This document shows positions 1-10,591 of a stretch of 64,000 nt of DNA, one piece after another. The notes under the pieces were generated by a model, which was not told the DNA's origin, ran no database searches, and saw nothing but the letters and a program-made list of their open reading frames with translations. A program made the position numbers and the translations under genes. The number at the start of each line of letters is the position of its first letter. The stretch's first letter is position 1. Source of the DNA: Podarcis pityusensis (lineage: Eukaryota); assembly GCA_964106645.2 (NCBI GenBank), contig OZ067050.1; one strand, given 5' to 3'.

Positions 1-747
1 GCAACTGGGATCATTTGATATAAAGTGCATTACAAACAATCCTGGAACCAGATGACTTAGGGCTTTAAAAGATCCAAAAGAGCCCTTTAAAAAAATCAGG
101 CCTTGAAACTGACTGGAAGCCAATGGAGATGCTGCAGAAGTGAAATATGAAACACTCTCCCAAACACTTTCCAAACTTTTTAAATATGATACAACGGCCA
201 CAAACCCTCTTTGAGCAGACAGCTAAATCTGCAGGGGACCGAGTGGAAATTAAATCTCCCATAGTTCATTGTGTACTGCAGTATATTTTTTAATGACATT
301 GAATGGACCCTCCTTTTCTGTTCATACTTTTCAAGAAGGCTTCCAAATACAAGATTTGGGGTGGAGAGTGGGGCAGAACTAGGAGAGAGGGAGGGATCTC
401 CCAATATAGATTGCGAGACACTCTGATGGTGGAGGGGAATGAATGGGGCAGTATTATGCCTTTGGGGAAATGTGATAGCAAGTGATATTTCTATTTTGAT
501 TCCAAGGGGAAAGAACCCGTAGGAAGTAGCGGAAGTAGAAAATTACTCAATTACACCGGCCTTACACCAGCAATTCTGATTTCTTTTGCCTTTACTGAAA
601 GATCTGGCTTTTTTTTGTAGCTTATCACACTACGTCCCCGTCCCCCCAATCTTCTTGCTTTATTTGTTTTGTCATTTGTTCAATAAAGCTTTTGAACATA
701 CTTTTTTTTTTAAAGGGATGGGAGCCTGGAGAAATGTAGTAGGAACA

Positions 748-832
748 GTTCAGAGAGAGGGAGCAGGAGCGGGGGGTGGGGAGAGAGAGACAGTTCAGAG
801 AGAAGGAGAGAAAGTTCAGAGAGAGAGGGGGG

Positions 833-878
<46 letters not shown>

Positions 879-908
879 GTTCAGAGAGAAGGAGAGAGAG
901 AGTTCAGG

Positions 909-945
<37 letters not shown>

Positions 946-995
946 AGAGAGAAGGAGAGAGAGAGTTCAGGGAGGAGAGAGAGAGAGAGAGAGAG
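748..995. repeat. Compound (GA)n/(GACA)n purine-rich microsatellite with duplicated AGTTCAG-containing units
   Basis: Directly visible; explains the spurious RE/SL-rich ORFs at 586-1097. Confidence 0.95.
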
Positions 996-1019
996 TTTTC
1001 TAAAGAAATTATCACTCAC

Positions 1020-1101
1020 CCGGGAGCTGTAATACACCCGCAGGATTGGATTCCCTGACAAGTCGATGGTCTTGTGGCTCTCCCCACCTTTTACCACGGT
1101 G
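1020..1101 (-). CDS. CDIPT: CDIPT coding exon 4
   Basis: CACCAG acceptor, CGG|GTGAGT donor; TVVKGGESHKTIDLSGNPILRVYYSSR; 82 nt. Confidence 0.95.
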
Positions 1102-1811
1102 CTGGTGGGAGCAGAGAAGGTAGTTAAAATGGGAGCCAGGAGTGCTCAGCCTCTCTTCCCTTCCACGCCTCTCTATCCCAGCAGGGGGGGCACCATAGCT
1201 GAGCGGCAGAGCATCTGGGTTGTTTGCAGAAGACCCCAGGTTTGGTTTCCGGCACCTCCAGTTAAAAGGAATAGGCAGACGGGCAATACGAAAGGCTCCC
1301 TATCAGCCCGAGACCCTGCCGCAAGTCAGAGCAGGTGAGGCTGAGCCAGACCTGGACATCATTGTCCAATATTGTACAAGGCAACTTCTGGTGCCGCCAT
1401 CGAGGGCAGAGTCTGGTACCTGTGGAGATGGAGCCAATGGGAGGCGACGTCAAGGCTCATGCTGAGTTGGAACCAAAGGGCAGATTCAGGGTAGAGCATA
1501 GCGAGGTTCACCAGCAGGCACATGGTGGCGCAGCGGTCCGTCAGCATGTCCAGCATGGCGCCAAAGCGGGTGCCTGGGAAGAACAGCGCACATTAGAAAG
1601 GCAAGGGTGCTGTAAACCAATGGGGAGGAAGCTATGCATACAGTAGAGACTGCAGCCACACGTCACCCGCAACCCATCAAAGTTTTAATGCATATATTCC
1701 CTGTTTAGGGAAGTTTTTAATATTAAATGCTGTATTGTTTTTAACACTTGATTGGAAGCTGCCCAGTGTGGCTGGGGAAACTCAGCCAGATGGGCGGGGT
1801 ATAAATAATAA

Positions 1812-1849
<38 letters not shown>

Positions 1850-4031
1850 TACTATTTTGTGGCTTGCTATGTGCTTGACAAGTTTCTGCTGCCCCAGGCA
1901 GGTGACAGGCACAGGTGGCTGTGCTTCTGCTGTGAGGCCATGAGTTGTGTGGTCCAGGCAGGCACACTTGAAAACAACAGGTTTCGGTGTGCAGCTTACA
2001 CAGACGGAAAGTACCGAGAGCCTTGTGAAACCTTCCCATCTCAGCAAGAAAAGCTCACGCTTCCTTTTGGCTACAGCTGCGGATCTGGAGGGTTTTCCCC
2101 ACAGCCAGGCATTATTCCTGTAGATTTCTGGGAGGGAGGGTGAGGCAAAGAGTAGCACTGTGTTGCAAGAGGAAGTGGGGGGGGGGCACAGACCCTCCTT
2201 CTTTGTGGCTGCTGCTGGCAGGGGAGGTTCAGGCAGGCAGCGCCTTGTTGCAGCAGCAGCAAAGTACAGTTCTGAGGATGGGCAAGACTGAGGGATAGCT
2301 CCTTGCCTGCTGCCACCCAGTGAGCTCAAACCTGAACCAACCTTGTAGCTCATACTCTTAAGCAACACGGCAACCTCAGTCGTCTTCTGAGGAATGCAGC
2401 TCAGCAGTGGGAGACATGCTGCCCACACAGGAGGTCTCAGGTGCATCCTCTAGCATCTTCAACTAATAAAGGGTCAGTTAGCCACTCTCTCTCTATCTCT
2501 CTCTCTGTATATATATGTTCAAACTGACTGCATTACACCACAACAAATTATTCCATACCGCACAGAATGCATACATGCCATGCATTTAAAAGCACCCCAA
2601 AAGAATCCTGGGAACTATAGTTTGCCGCTCACAAAGCCATGTGCTTTCAGTGTATGGCTCGTATGAGCCACCCTGTAGCCCTCTCTGCCTTGAGGCAAAC
2701 AAGCCTTACCTTGGTCCAGGGCCCGAGCCGCATAGCCATCAAAGGCATCAAGGAAACCACTTAGGAGGTAAAAGAAGGATGCTATTATGTGGGAGGTTGG
2801 CATAAAATAGAACGCGATAAAAGCGAAGATTATGCGGGCGTAACCTGCAAAGGACAAGGAAGCAAAATGAGACTTTGTCCTGGAATCTTTTAACCCCCAA
2901 GCCCTGCAGCCCTCAGAAAACTGGGGAAATGGGTCATGCAAATTCTAGTTGGTTCCACTCCTTTGCACAACCCCACATCCCCAGATACCTAGGCAAGAGT
3001 CACTCAAAGATCAGTAATGTTTGCTTCAGGAGTGTTGAAGAGAAGGAGAAACAGACTCCCTATTTTAGAAACACCCTTTTCCTCTTTTGTTTTTGGCACT
3101 GAAAGCTACAATCAACTGTAAGAAATGAAAGGGTCCAGACTGAGCCTACAAGAGTCAGGTGAGTCACTGCCTGCCTGTCACATCTGATCTGGAGGAGACA
3201 GTCTAGATGCTGCTGCTGCTGCCTTCAGCTGCAGATTAACACTTGTGAAAATAACAGGGCAGGAAATAGAGGGGAGTGTTGAAGCAGAAGGCCCGGAGGC
3301 AAGGCAAAGGAGGCGGGGAAGGGGCCGGAGCACGAGGCGCTTCTCAGCTTTTACCAAGCGAGATCAGACCAAAGGTCGATCTAGTCCGGCATCGGCACCC
3401 GGTTTTCCAGGCTGCATTCGGGAAGTCTGTAAACGAAGCATGAAGGCAAGGAGCCTTCACCCACCTGTGTCTGTCTCCCAGCACCGGGATTTGGAGCTCT
3501 TACTGCTTCTGAACATCTCGAGAGGCCCAGAACTAGGTCAGGTCTCCTGGGCCAGGCCTGTCCTCCCTGGAAGAGCATCGCAGCACCCCACCCTAAGCAC
3601 GTTTACACAGAAGCGACTCCCCCGGTGCAGTTCAGCTGGGTTGATGAGGCTCTTCCCGGGGCTCATGGATTACACCATTAGCCACAGCAGGGCTGCCTCA
3701 TCGAGATTAATGGGCGTGACTAACGAGGCCCCCATTCATTCCAGCCGGTCTACTCATTCAGGATGCGAACACACACACACCATCCTTTTAAAGCATCCTT
3801 AAAGCACATATGAATCCTGGGAACGGTGGTTTGCAAGGGCTAAAAAGTCCGTGCCGGGTAAACTACACTTCCCAGCATTTCGGGGAGGAGAAGCATAGCG
3901 CTTTTAAGTGGATGGGGCGCGCGCAGCCCGACGTGTTTCAGGATCGCAGCCTCCTCCTCTCCCCCGCCCGGCACCCCGGGGAACGTACCGATGAGGTTGG
4001 GGACGAAGAGGAAGATGTTTTCTTGCTTCAT
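1020..4031 (-). CDS. CDIPT: CDP-diacylglycerol--inositol 3-phosphatidyltransferase (PI synthase), 5' part; exons 3989-4031, 2710-2844, 1420-1573, 1020-1101; continues beyond window start
   Basis: Spliced translation MKQENIFLFVPNLIGYARIIFAFIAFYFMP...LDAFDGYAARALDQGTRFGAMLDMLTDRC...HWLHLHSTVVKGGESHKTIDLSGNPILRVYYSSR matches the CDP-alcohol phosphatidyltransferase motif and recalled human CDIPT; all introns GT-AG with matching phases. Confidence 0.97.
1185..1390 (+). mobile_element. tRNA-derived squamate SINE (Squam3-like), diverged
   Basis: CATAGCTGAGCGGCAGAGCATCT...CCCAGGTT...CTCCAGTTAAAAGG...AAGGCAACTTC; related copies near 15828, 25620 and 36178. Confidence 0.65.
1420..1573 (-). CDS. CDIPT: CDIPT coding exon 3
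   Basis: TTCCCAG acceptor, AG|GTACCA donor; GTRFGAMLDMLTDRC...; 154 nt. Confidence 0.96.
1697..1850 (+). mobile_element. L2-type LINE 3' end with (ATT)n tail
   Basis: CCCTGTTTAGGGAAGTTTTTAAT...GCTGCCCAGTGTGGCTGGGGAAACTCAGCCAGATGGGCGGGGTATAAATAATAAATTATTATT; the same 3' end follows RT-like sequence at 33510-33815. Confidence 0.75.
2710..2844 (-). CDS. CDIPT: CDIPT coding exon 2
   Basis: TTGCAG acceptor, G|GTAAGG donor; GYARII...RALDQ; 135 nt. Confidence 0.96.
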
Positions 4032-4625
4032 CTCGCGGCCAGCTGTTGCTCCGGCGGCGGAACCTCCTTGCAAACCCCGCTCCAGCCCCGATGCAACGCT
4101 CGGACCACGCAGCGCCCACCCGCTGCAGGAGCCCCTCGTATTCCGCTCTTTCTCTTCCTCACGATGGACTCGGAGACTCCCGCTCCCCGCTTTCTGCCTT
4201 CCTGCTTTGGCCCAATGCACGCAGCTTCCCCCGGTTTCCGCAACCTTCAGCTACTCTGTTCAGGTTCCGAAAGGAAAATGTCTGCCTGTCTCTTTAAAAA
4301 CTGCGCTCCCGCCCCTTCCCCGGGGAAGAGGGACATTTCGGAACGCCAATGGTTTCGTCCCCGTACGCTCCCCTGCCGGCTTTCGTTTTGGTGTAGCCCC
4401 ACCAACAAGAAGCCGGGCTAGAAGGGCCACTTCTCCTCGTCTTCTTCCTGTGATTTATGGTTACTCCGCTCCTAGAGCGTTCGGAGGACCGAGGCTTCAG
4501 AAAAGCTCCATTTAGTAGAGAGAGTCGGGCGAACAGCCGCCGACATGGAGGTTGGCTTTGGAGCGCTTCCGGCTTCCCCTGGGGCGGCTCCTTCGCACCC
4601 TCCTGTTTTCTTATTGGCCAGTCAG
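3850..4625 (-). promoter_or_regulatory. CDIPT CpG-island promoter / 5' UTR
   Basis: CpG-rich; CCAAT box (4613-4617), GC box (4581-4587) and ETS motif CCGGAAG (4566-4572) upstream of the ATG. Confidence 0.75.
3989..4031 (-). CDS. CDIPT: CDIPT coding exon 1 (MKQENIFLFVPNLI)
   Basis: ATG at 4031; donor G|GTACGT; 43 nt. Confidence 0.95.
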
Positions 4626-5169
4626 AAAGTATGGAAAGGGAACTGTTATTTCCCCACGCTAAATGACTCGCCAGATCCAGTGCTTTTGTATAGTCTTGAT
4701 AGTAAGAATTGCTGTGCAAAAGTCTTTAGCAAGAAAGTGGCCGCCTTTAATAATATATTTTGCAATTGAAAGCAGAACTTTTACCTCCATATTTTTTCCT
4801 GTTTTGACAACAAACAAACGTGTTTTTTAATGAGTGGTATTTCTTAACGGGAATATGAAATAAATTTCGAAAACATGGCTTGAATCGGTGGTCTTTCTAA
4901 TCATTTCTTCTTTGGTTGATAAGTTTTATTTATAAACTGCTGGGCGACTGAAGATGCCACATGAAGGGATAAAGAATCTTCAGATAAAATATGTCTGATT
5001 TTCAAATTCCATAGTTTTTGCTTTAATGGAGTTAATAGTGGCTACTGGCACGCTTTGGTATTGTTACAGATTATGGGTAGGCACCTAGTATTTATATCAG
5101 TGTGCTGACCTTTCACCAGGGCTATGTATAAATTTAACAGTAAATTGCCCGTTGATGGCACTACGTATA

Positions 5170-5396
5170 CAGTGGTACTTCGGTTTTCGAACGTAATCCG
5201 TTCCGGAAGACCATTCGAGTTCTGAAACGTTCGAAAACAAAAAAATCAGTAGTCGACAGCTAGGCCTCAGGATCTTGCCGTGTGGCATGTTCAACTTCCG
5301 AGGCGTATTCGAAAACCGAAGCATTTATTTGCAGGTTTACGGTGTTCAAAAACTGAAATGCTAGTGAACAGAGATGTTCGAAAACAGGTACCACTG
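5170..5396. mobile_element. Tc1/mariner (Tigger-like) MITE
   Basis: Terminal inverted repeats CAGTGGTAC.../...GTACCACTG, TA at left flank. Confidence 0.8.
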
Positions 5397-5974
5397 TGTG
5401 TGTGTATAAATCAAAATCACAAGCATGGGTCCAGCTGGGATTTGAACTCAAGACTCCTTGGCCAAGTCCAGCACTCAGTCCATTACACCACACCACCTCT
5501 TGCTTGCTAATCTGTGAACAGATATGCAGGCTGTACAGTATATGAATTCACTCATGTATATGCACTGGTCAGGGTTTTCACTTGTTTGTTCATTTGCATT
5601 TTATTTAAATATATTTTGGAAGAGGTGGCAGTGCCAGCTGCTTTGAGTAGTTCTTCAATCCCTTCATGGACAGAACCTGATGTTTACCCAGAATGCATCT
5701 TATGGCAATTAACCCAACATGCTTTGCAGCTTTCCCCCCCTTCCCAATTCTGCTTGCTGTGATTATTGCAAGGATAGCCAACCTGGTGCCCTTCAGATTA
5801 TAACTCCCAACAGCCCCAGCCAGCATGGCCAATGGCCAGGGATGGTGGGAACCATAGCTGACCAACATCGGGAGCGTGCCATTTTGGCTCTCTCCGATGG
5901 AATGGGCGAGAGATGCATTGTCCTTTTCCCCTCCAGATCCTGGAGGGAAATGGGAGAGGGGTTCAAGCGGAGTG

Positions 5975-5980
5975 TTTATT
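5975..5980 (-). terminator. Poly(A) signal AATAAA of the uncharacterised gene
   Basis: TTTATT on plus strand, 40 nt past the TGA at 6021-6023. Confidence 0.65.
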
Positions 5981-6020
5981 ATTCTCTCTTGTGAATACAG
6001 TGGGTCTGGAGCCAGGTTGA

Positions 6021-6158
6021 TCAGGTGTCCTCAGGCAAAGCCTCTGGCTGGTCGGTGTCGCTGTCCGAATTCTCTGGCTGAGGCGGATCCTTGCGCCGAG
6101 ACACTTTGCTCAGGAACTTGCCTGGCCCACCCTGGCGGGACGGGCAGCAGATCAGGGG
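6021..6158 (-). CDS. Uncharacterised gene terminal exon (PLICCPSRQGG...EALPEDT*)
   Basis: Long pyrimidine tract plus CTACAG acceptor; TGA then AATAAA. Confidence 0.72.
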   Translation of the reverse strand, partial: PLICCPSRQGGPGKFLSKVSRRKDPPQPENSDSDTDQPEALPEDT

Positions 6159-9100
6159 CTGTAGTGCAGGGAAGGAAGAAAATGAGAAGTAAAACACAGT
6201 TTCCAAGCACCTCCACCACCCTGACACTGAAAAAGTCTGTTTCCTACTTGGCATAGAATGTGGCTATGATTATACCAAGGAACGTGATGATTTATGGTCA
6301 AAAGTTCCCCAGCTCTGGACTTGGTCCTGCTGGAAGTGTGGGGTTAGGATTGCCACCCTCCCAGACGGAAACAGACTTTGCTCTTTTACATGTTTCATAT
6401 ATTCACTGAAACACATCCAAAATTAAAGTTATCCCTGGCAACACAATTTCCCCCAAAGTTGGCAGTCCACCCCCAGCCATGCTAGTATAAAACCCGTGAC
6501 TGGAGTGTGGTGATGCTAAACGTTTCAGAATTTCTGAAAATAAGAAAAATGGAGTGTTTTATAGTCCCACGCATGAGGGAAATCCTCTTCTTTCTCCCTC
6601 CTCCCTCAGCCTGGATGTGGGCAGGAGTCACAGCTGATACCTGGGTGCATTCTGCACAGGTTGGGTTGAGGACAGGAAAAAGAGAAGGAGGCTCCATAGA
6701 AGAAGAGATTGTGGCCTGCCGGAATGCAAAGACCCACATCTGCTGAAACTCTTGCTTTTGCATAACTATGAAGTATGGCAACCAGTGTGTTGGACTAGGG
6801 AGAGCTGGATTCACATCCACAACAAAGCATGATGCTTGCAGGATGACCTGGAGGCCAGGAACAGTTGCTGTCGGCATAGCCTATTTCGCAGGGTTGTTCT
6901 GGGAATAAAATGGGAAAACCCTAGATTTGCATCTACAAATGCAACATTCCGCAGCTTGCAGAAAAGATCCACTGGTGTCACTATGTGTTGCCTCGCAAAC
7001 TGTCAAGCAATTATTCACAGCTTTAAGGACTCCAGTTATAAGTCTGTTTGCTTTGTGGTATAATCAATGTAACCCTAGGGGCACCCTACTTCTTGTCTGG
7101 AGTTGTGAGTCACAAGTTGTGGATGGGGCCTGGCAGGCTGTCCTCCCTCCCTCCCTTCCACATGGTCTCCTGTCCAGTCTCTCTTTGTCTGCTTAGAAAA
7201 GCAGAGATCAGCTGATGACAATGTTCCCATCAGTGCATTCCTATGCCAGGAAAAGCAGTACCAGTAGATTTGTAAGTCCTTGTAGTATAACAGACTTTAA
7301 ATTGTTGGACTAGGACCTGGGAGACCAAGGTTCAAATCCCGACTCAGCCAATGAAGCTCACTGGGTGATCTTGGGCCAGTCACTGCCTCTCAGTCTAGCC
7401 TACCTCACAGGGTTGCTGTGAGGGGGGGAAATGGGAGGGAAGAACCAAGTACACCACCTTGAGCTGCTTGGGGGGGGGGGAAGATTGTACATAAATGTAA
7501 TAAATATACATCAAACAAACAAATCCTGCTCCTCTTGCCTCTACCACCTGTCCTCTCCAATTTTCCCTGGTGCCTTATGCCCAGAGAGTCAATACCTGAA
7601 TGGTGCTGAGGTCCTGCTCAGATACTAGGGGAGAAAGCCCCTCCACACCAGCCGAGGGGGACCGTCGGGGCCGGCGCTGGGTCACATACCCCATCTGATC
7701 TTCCAGAAGCACAGTCTCCACCTGGTAAGGGAAGAAAGCATATTCAGAGCCATTTTTCAGTCTTGGGAGTCAAAGCCCACACTTCCAACACACATACTAC
7801 TACTAGCATTAACAAATACGAGAGATGACCTGTGTTAGGGTTTGCAGCAAAAACAACAGATGGCCTTGTGGCACTTTGAAGACAGACGGATTCATTACCA
7901 CATCAGTTTTCACAGACTAGCACAAGAGGAGCTGTCCTCAGCTGGCAGATTAGGCGCACACAAGTACAGAGGGGAAGACAACCCCCGCCCCGTATTTAGG
8001 GGTGGGACCCAAAAGCTATTAAATGGAAGAGGTAGGGCCTGTCACATTGTCACAGTATATTTCTATCTGCCTACTGAGGATACATTTCCTGCATTTGGTA
8101 TAGTGGCTGCTAGTTCACAAAAGCTTATGCCACAAAATTCAGGCTTTAAAGTACCACACAAGACCCCTCTGGTTCTTTAGCGGGAGCCACAGAAGGGCAG
8201 TGCCACTGAGCACATGCAGAATCTCTCGCTCACAAGTTAGTGACCACAGGCAGCTTCTCAAATGCCATATTCCTTAGGAAAAATAGGTTCCCAGGCCAGA
8301 ACTCCAGCACCTTCTAATTTAGAAATGAAAGGGGGGCAGACGAGCCATGCTTGGTCCATATCGGCCCCTGCTGGCAGCCACCTCTGTAGCCAGGAAACTT
8401 GCAAACTCCTCAATGGGCTGCAGCATGGCATAAATCTGCAGTGTGGGTGGCTTGTCAATAGAAGCTGAGACCTGTCAAATGGAGGTCTTTTGAGTATCAA
8501 AGTGGGGAGGTTTGAGCAGGGGCAAGAATAATGTGTCCCAGAGGAGAAAGGAGACAGGGTAGTTACAAATCTAAAGGGATGGTTAAATGTGTCAGGAATA
8601 TGAATGACAGAATGGAGACAAGCAATTCACAAAGTGTCATGACTGATAAATTAGAAACCATGCAAATTACACATGCCCCACTTTCACTGGGCAGCCCCTC
8701 CTTCTACGACGTTTTGTGTCTTTCTTGCCAAGGTGGCTGGACACAAGTTTCAAAAGTAGCTCCCACTTTGTTTGGGGCCCTTCTTCTTCTCTCTGTTGTT
8801 GGAGGGGGAGATCCTGTTGCAACTGATCCATAAGGATCAGGCTCAGCATCCAGCCTTGCTTTCTTGTATGTGATTAATGTCTCCATTTATTTCTCTAACC
8901 AATAGCGGACCTCAAGGGATCCAAAGTCGCTTGGTGGGGAGCCGGGCTGCAAAAGCCAACCCCGATTTGTATAATGATACGAAACAGCGGTTTGAGGGCA
9001 CGTACTTGCTTATGGCGTGAGGGGTTTCGCCCTCGAATCTGCAGAGACAGACCCTCCTCTTCCTCTGTGCAGTCCACATCCTGCTGTGGGAGAAAAGGGA

Positions 9101-10560
9101 AGGATGGAAGGGGGGGACCCAGAAGCAACCCCTCTCCCCCCCCTCTTATTGGGCCCCTCCTCACTATTTCATAGGATCTCCATAGTGCTTCCTGCTATTT
9201 CCATTAAAAAAAATAATATTTGGTTTTACAAGTGTAAAGATACAACAGTACCAAGTACGTATTCATATTTAGAGATTTCTTGGAATCTCCAGACTTCCCA
9301 CCATCCCCTCCCTGGGTCCTACTGTCAACATTTTCAACTTTGTATTATTTCACAATGCATATTTTATACCTCTTCATGTTGTCCATAGTGTTTGTTACAT
9401 TACAAGTGTTATTAAAACCCTGCTAATGTTTTCATCTGCTTACAGTGATCTCCTAAATATATTAATTTTTTTGCTTCCTGTTACTTCCTGATTCCCCTTA
9501 GCCCCTCCTACTTCAGATTAAGCCCCTCCCACCTCACTCAGCTGTCAGGCCTGAGGCCAGCTGTGCCTGGCTCAGAGTCCACAGCTGACGTTGCCCTTTA
9601 TTATTAACAGTGATAATTAAATCTATATACCACCCTCCATCCAAAGATCACAGGGCAGTTTACAGCATAAAATACAAAAGGAAACACAAAATACATATCA
9701 CAACAAAAGGGGGGAAAGCCAGTCACCCTATCCCGCGAACGCATTAAAAAGGCCATAGATTGTTTGCTCAGCCAAATGCCTGTTTATACAGAGTTATTAC
9801 ATAACACAGGTGAGAGACGCATACGCTCTGCTGCCACCTGGCCCCTGGCACTTTTCTGGTCTCTGGATCTGGTGGTCTCTGGATCTGGAAATCTCTGTTT
9901 AAATTTGAGAGTACCAACAACTGCTCTGTGGGGAGGGTTTTTAGGAAGGCCGACAGGGAAAAAAGAGAACCCAGAGCTTGCTCCTGTGGCACCTGGACTG
10001 CCCTCTCCCCTCACAGAGACATCAACCATCCTCTTTTTTTATCGCTAATTTCTGTCAAGAACACAGTTGAGGAGCAAATGGTTAAATTGCACCTCCCCAT
10101 CTGCTGTGGTCATAATATATAACCACCTCCGAGCACTACATTTAAAAAATATTCTGACGTGGCTGCCAGCATGGGCATAGCTAGGGTTTTTGTTAGGGAG
10201 GGGCAGACCTCCTGTTAGGTGGGGGGCAGAACCTCAGTTTGCTGTGTATTTTTATTGATTATGGGGGGGCAGCTGCCCCTCCCTGCCGCCCCTCGGCTAT
10301 GCCGGTGGCTGCAAGCCTAGACCCTTGGCTTCAAAGCTGTAATGCATCTCAGCATGTGCTGAATGCCTTCCTCTCGTCAGAGGGCAGATTACAACCAGCC
10401 CCTGCTCATCAAAACTTTTAGGTTGAAGACCACGGGGGACGCATATCACTCACTCTTTCACAGGCACAAGAGGATATGAAGCACCGGAAGTCATGACCCC
10501 CTCCTTGAAGCCCATCATCACTAAGATCTGGTCTGGAAAAAGGAGCATGGAAATAAAAGC

Positions 10561-10591
<31 letters not shown>

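Noticed and set aside
586-1032. ORFs rich in RE/ER or SL repeats
   Set aside because: Translation of the (GA)n microsatellite
1685-2446. 253-aa minus-strand ORF with poly-Ile in CDIPT intron 2
   Set aside because: Runs through the (ATT)n tail of an L2 element; no recognisable domain or consistent splice context
3245-4719. Several 140-200 aa ORFs on both strands
   Set aside because: Stop-poor GC-rich CpG island; only 3989-4031 is supported as coding
8667-8849. Possible extra phase-0 exon of the unknown gene (LQQDLPLQQQREEEGPQ...GCPVK)
   Set aside because: Frame is open, but the acceptor lacks a pyrimidine tract and the donor (AAA|GTGGGG) is weak; left out pending RNA data
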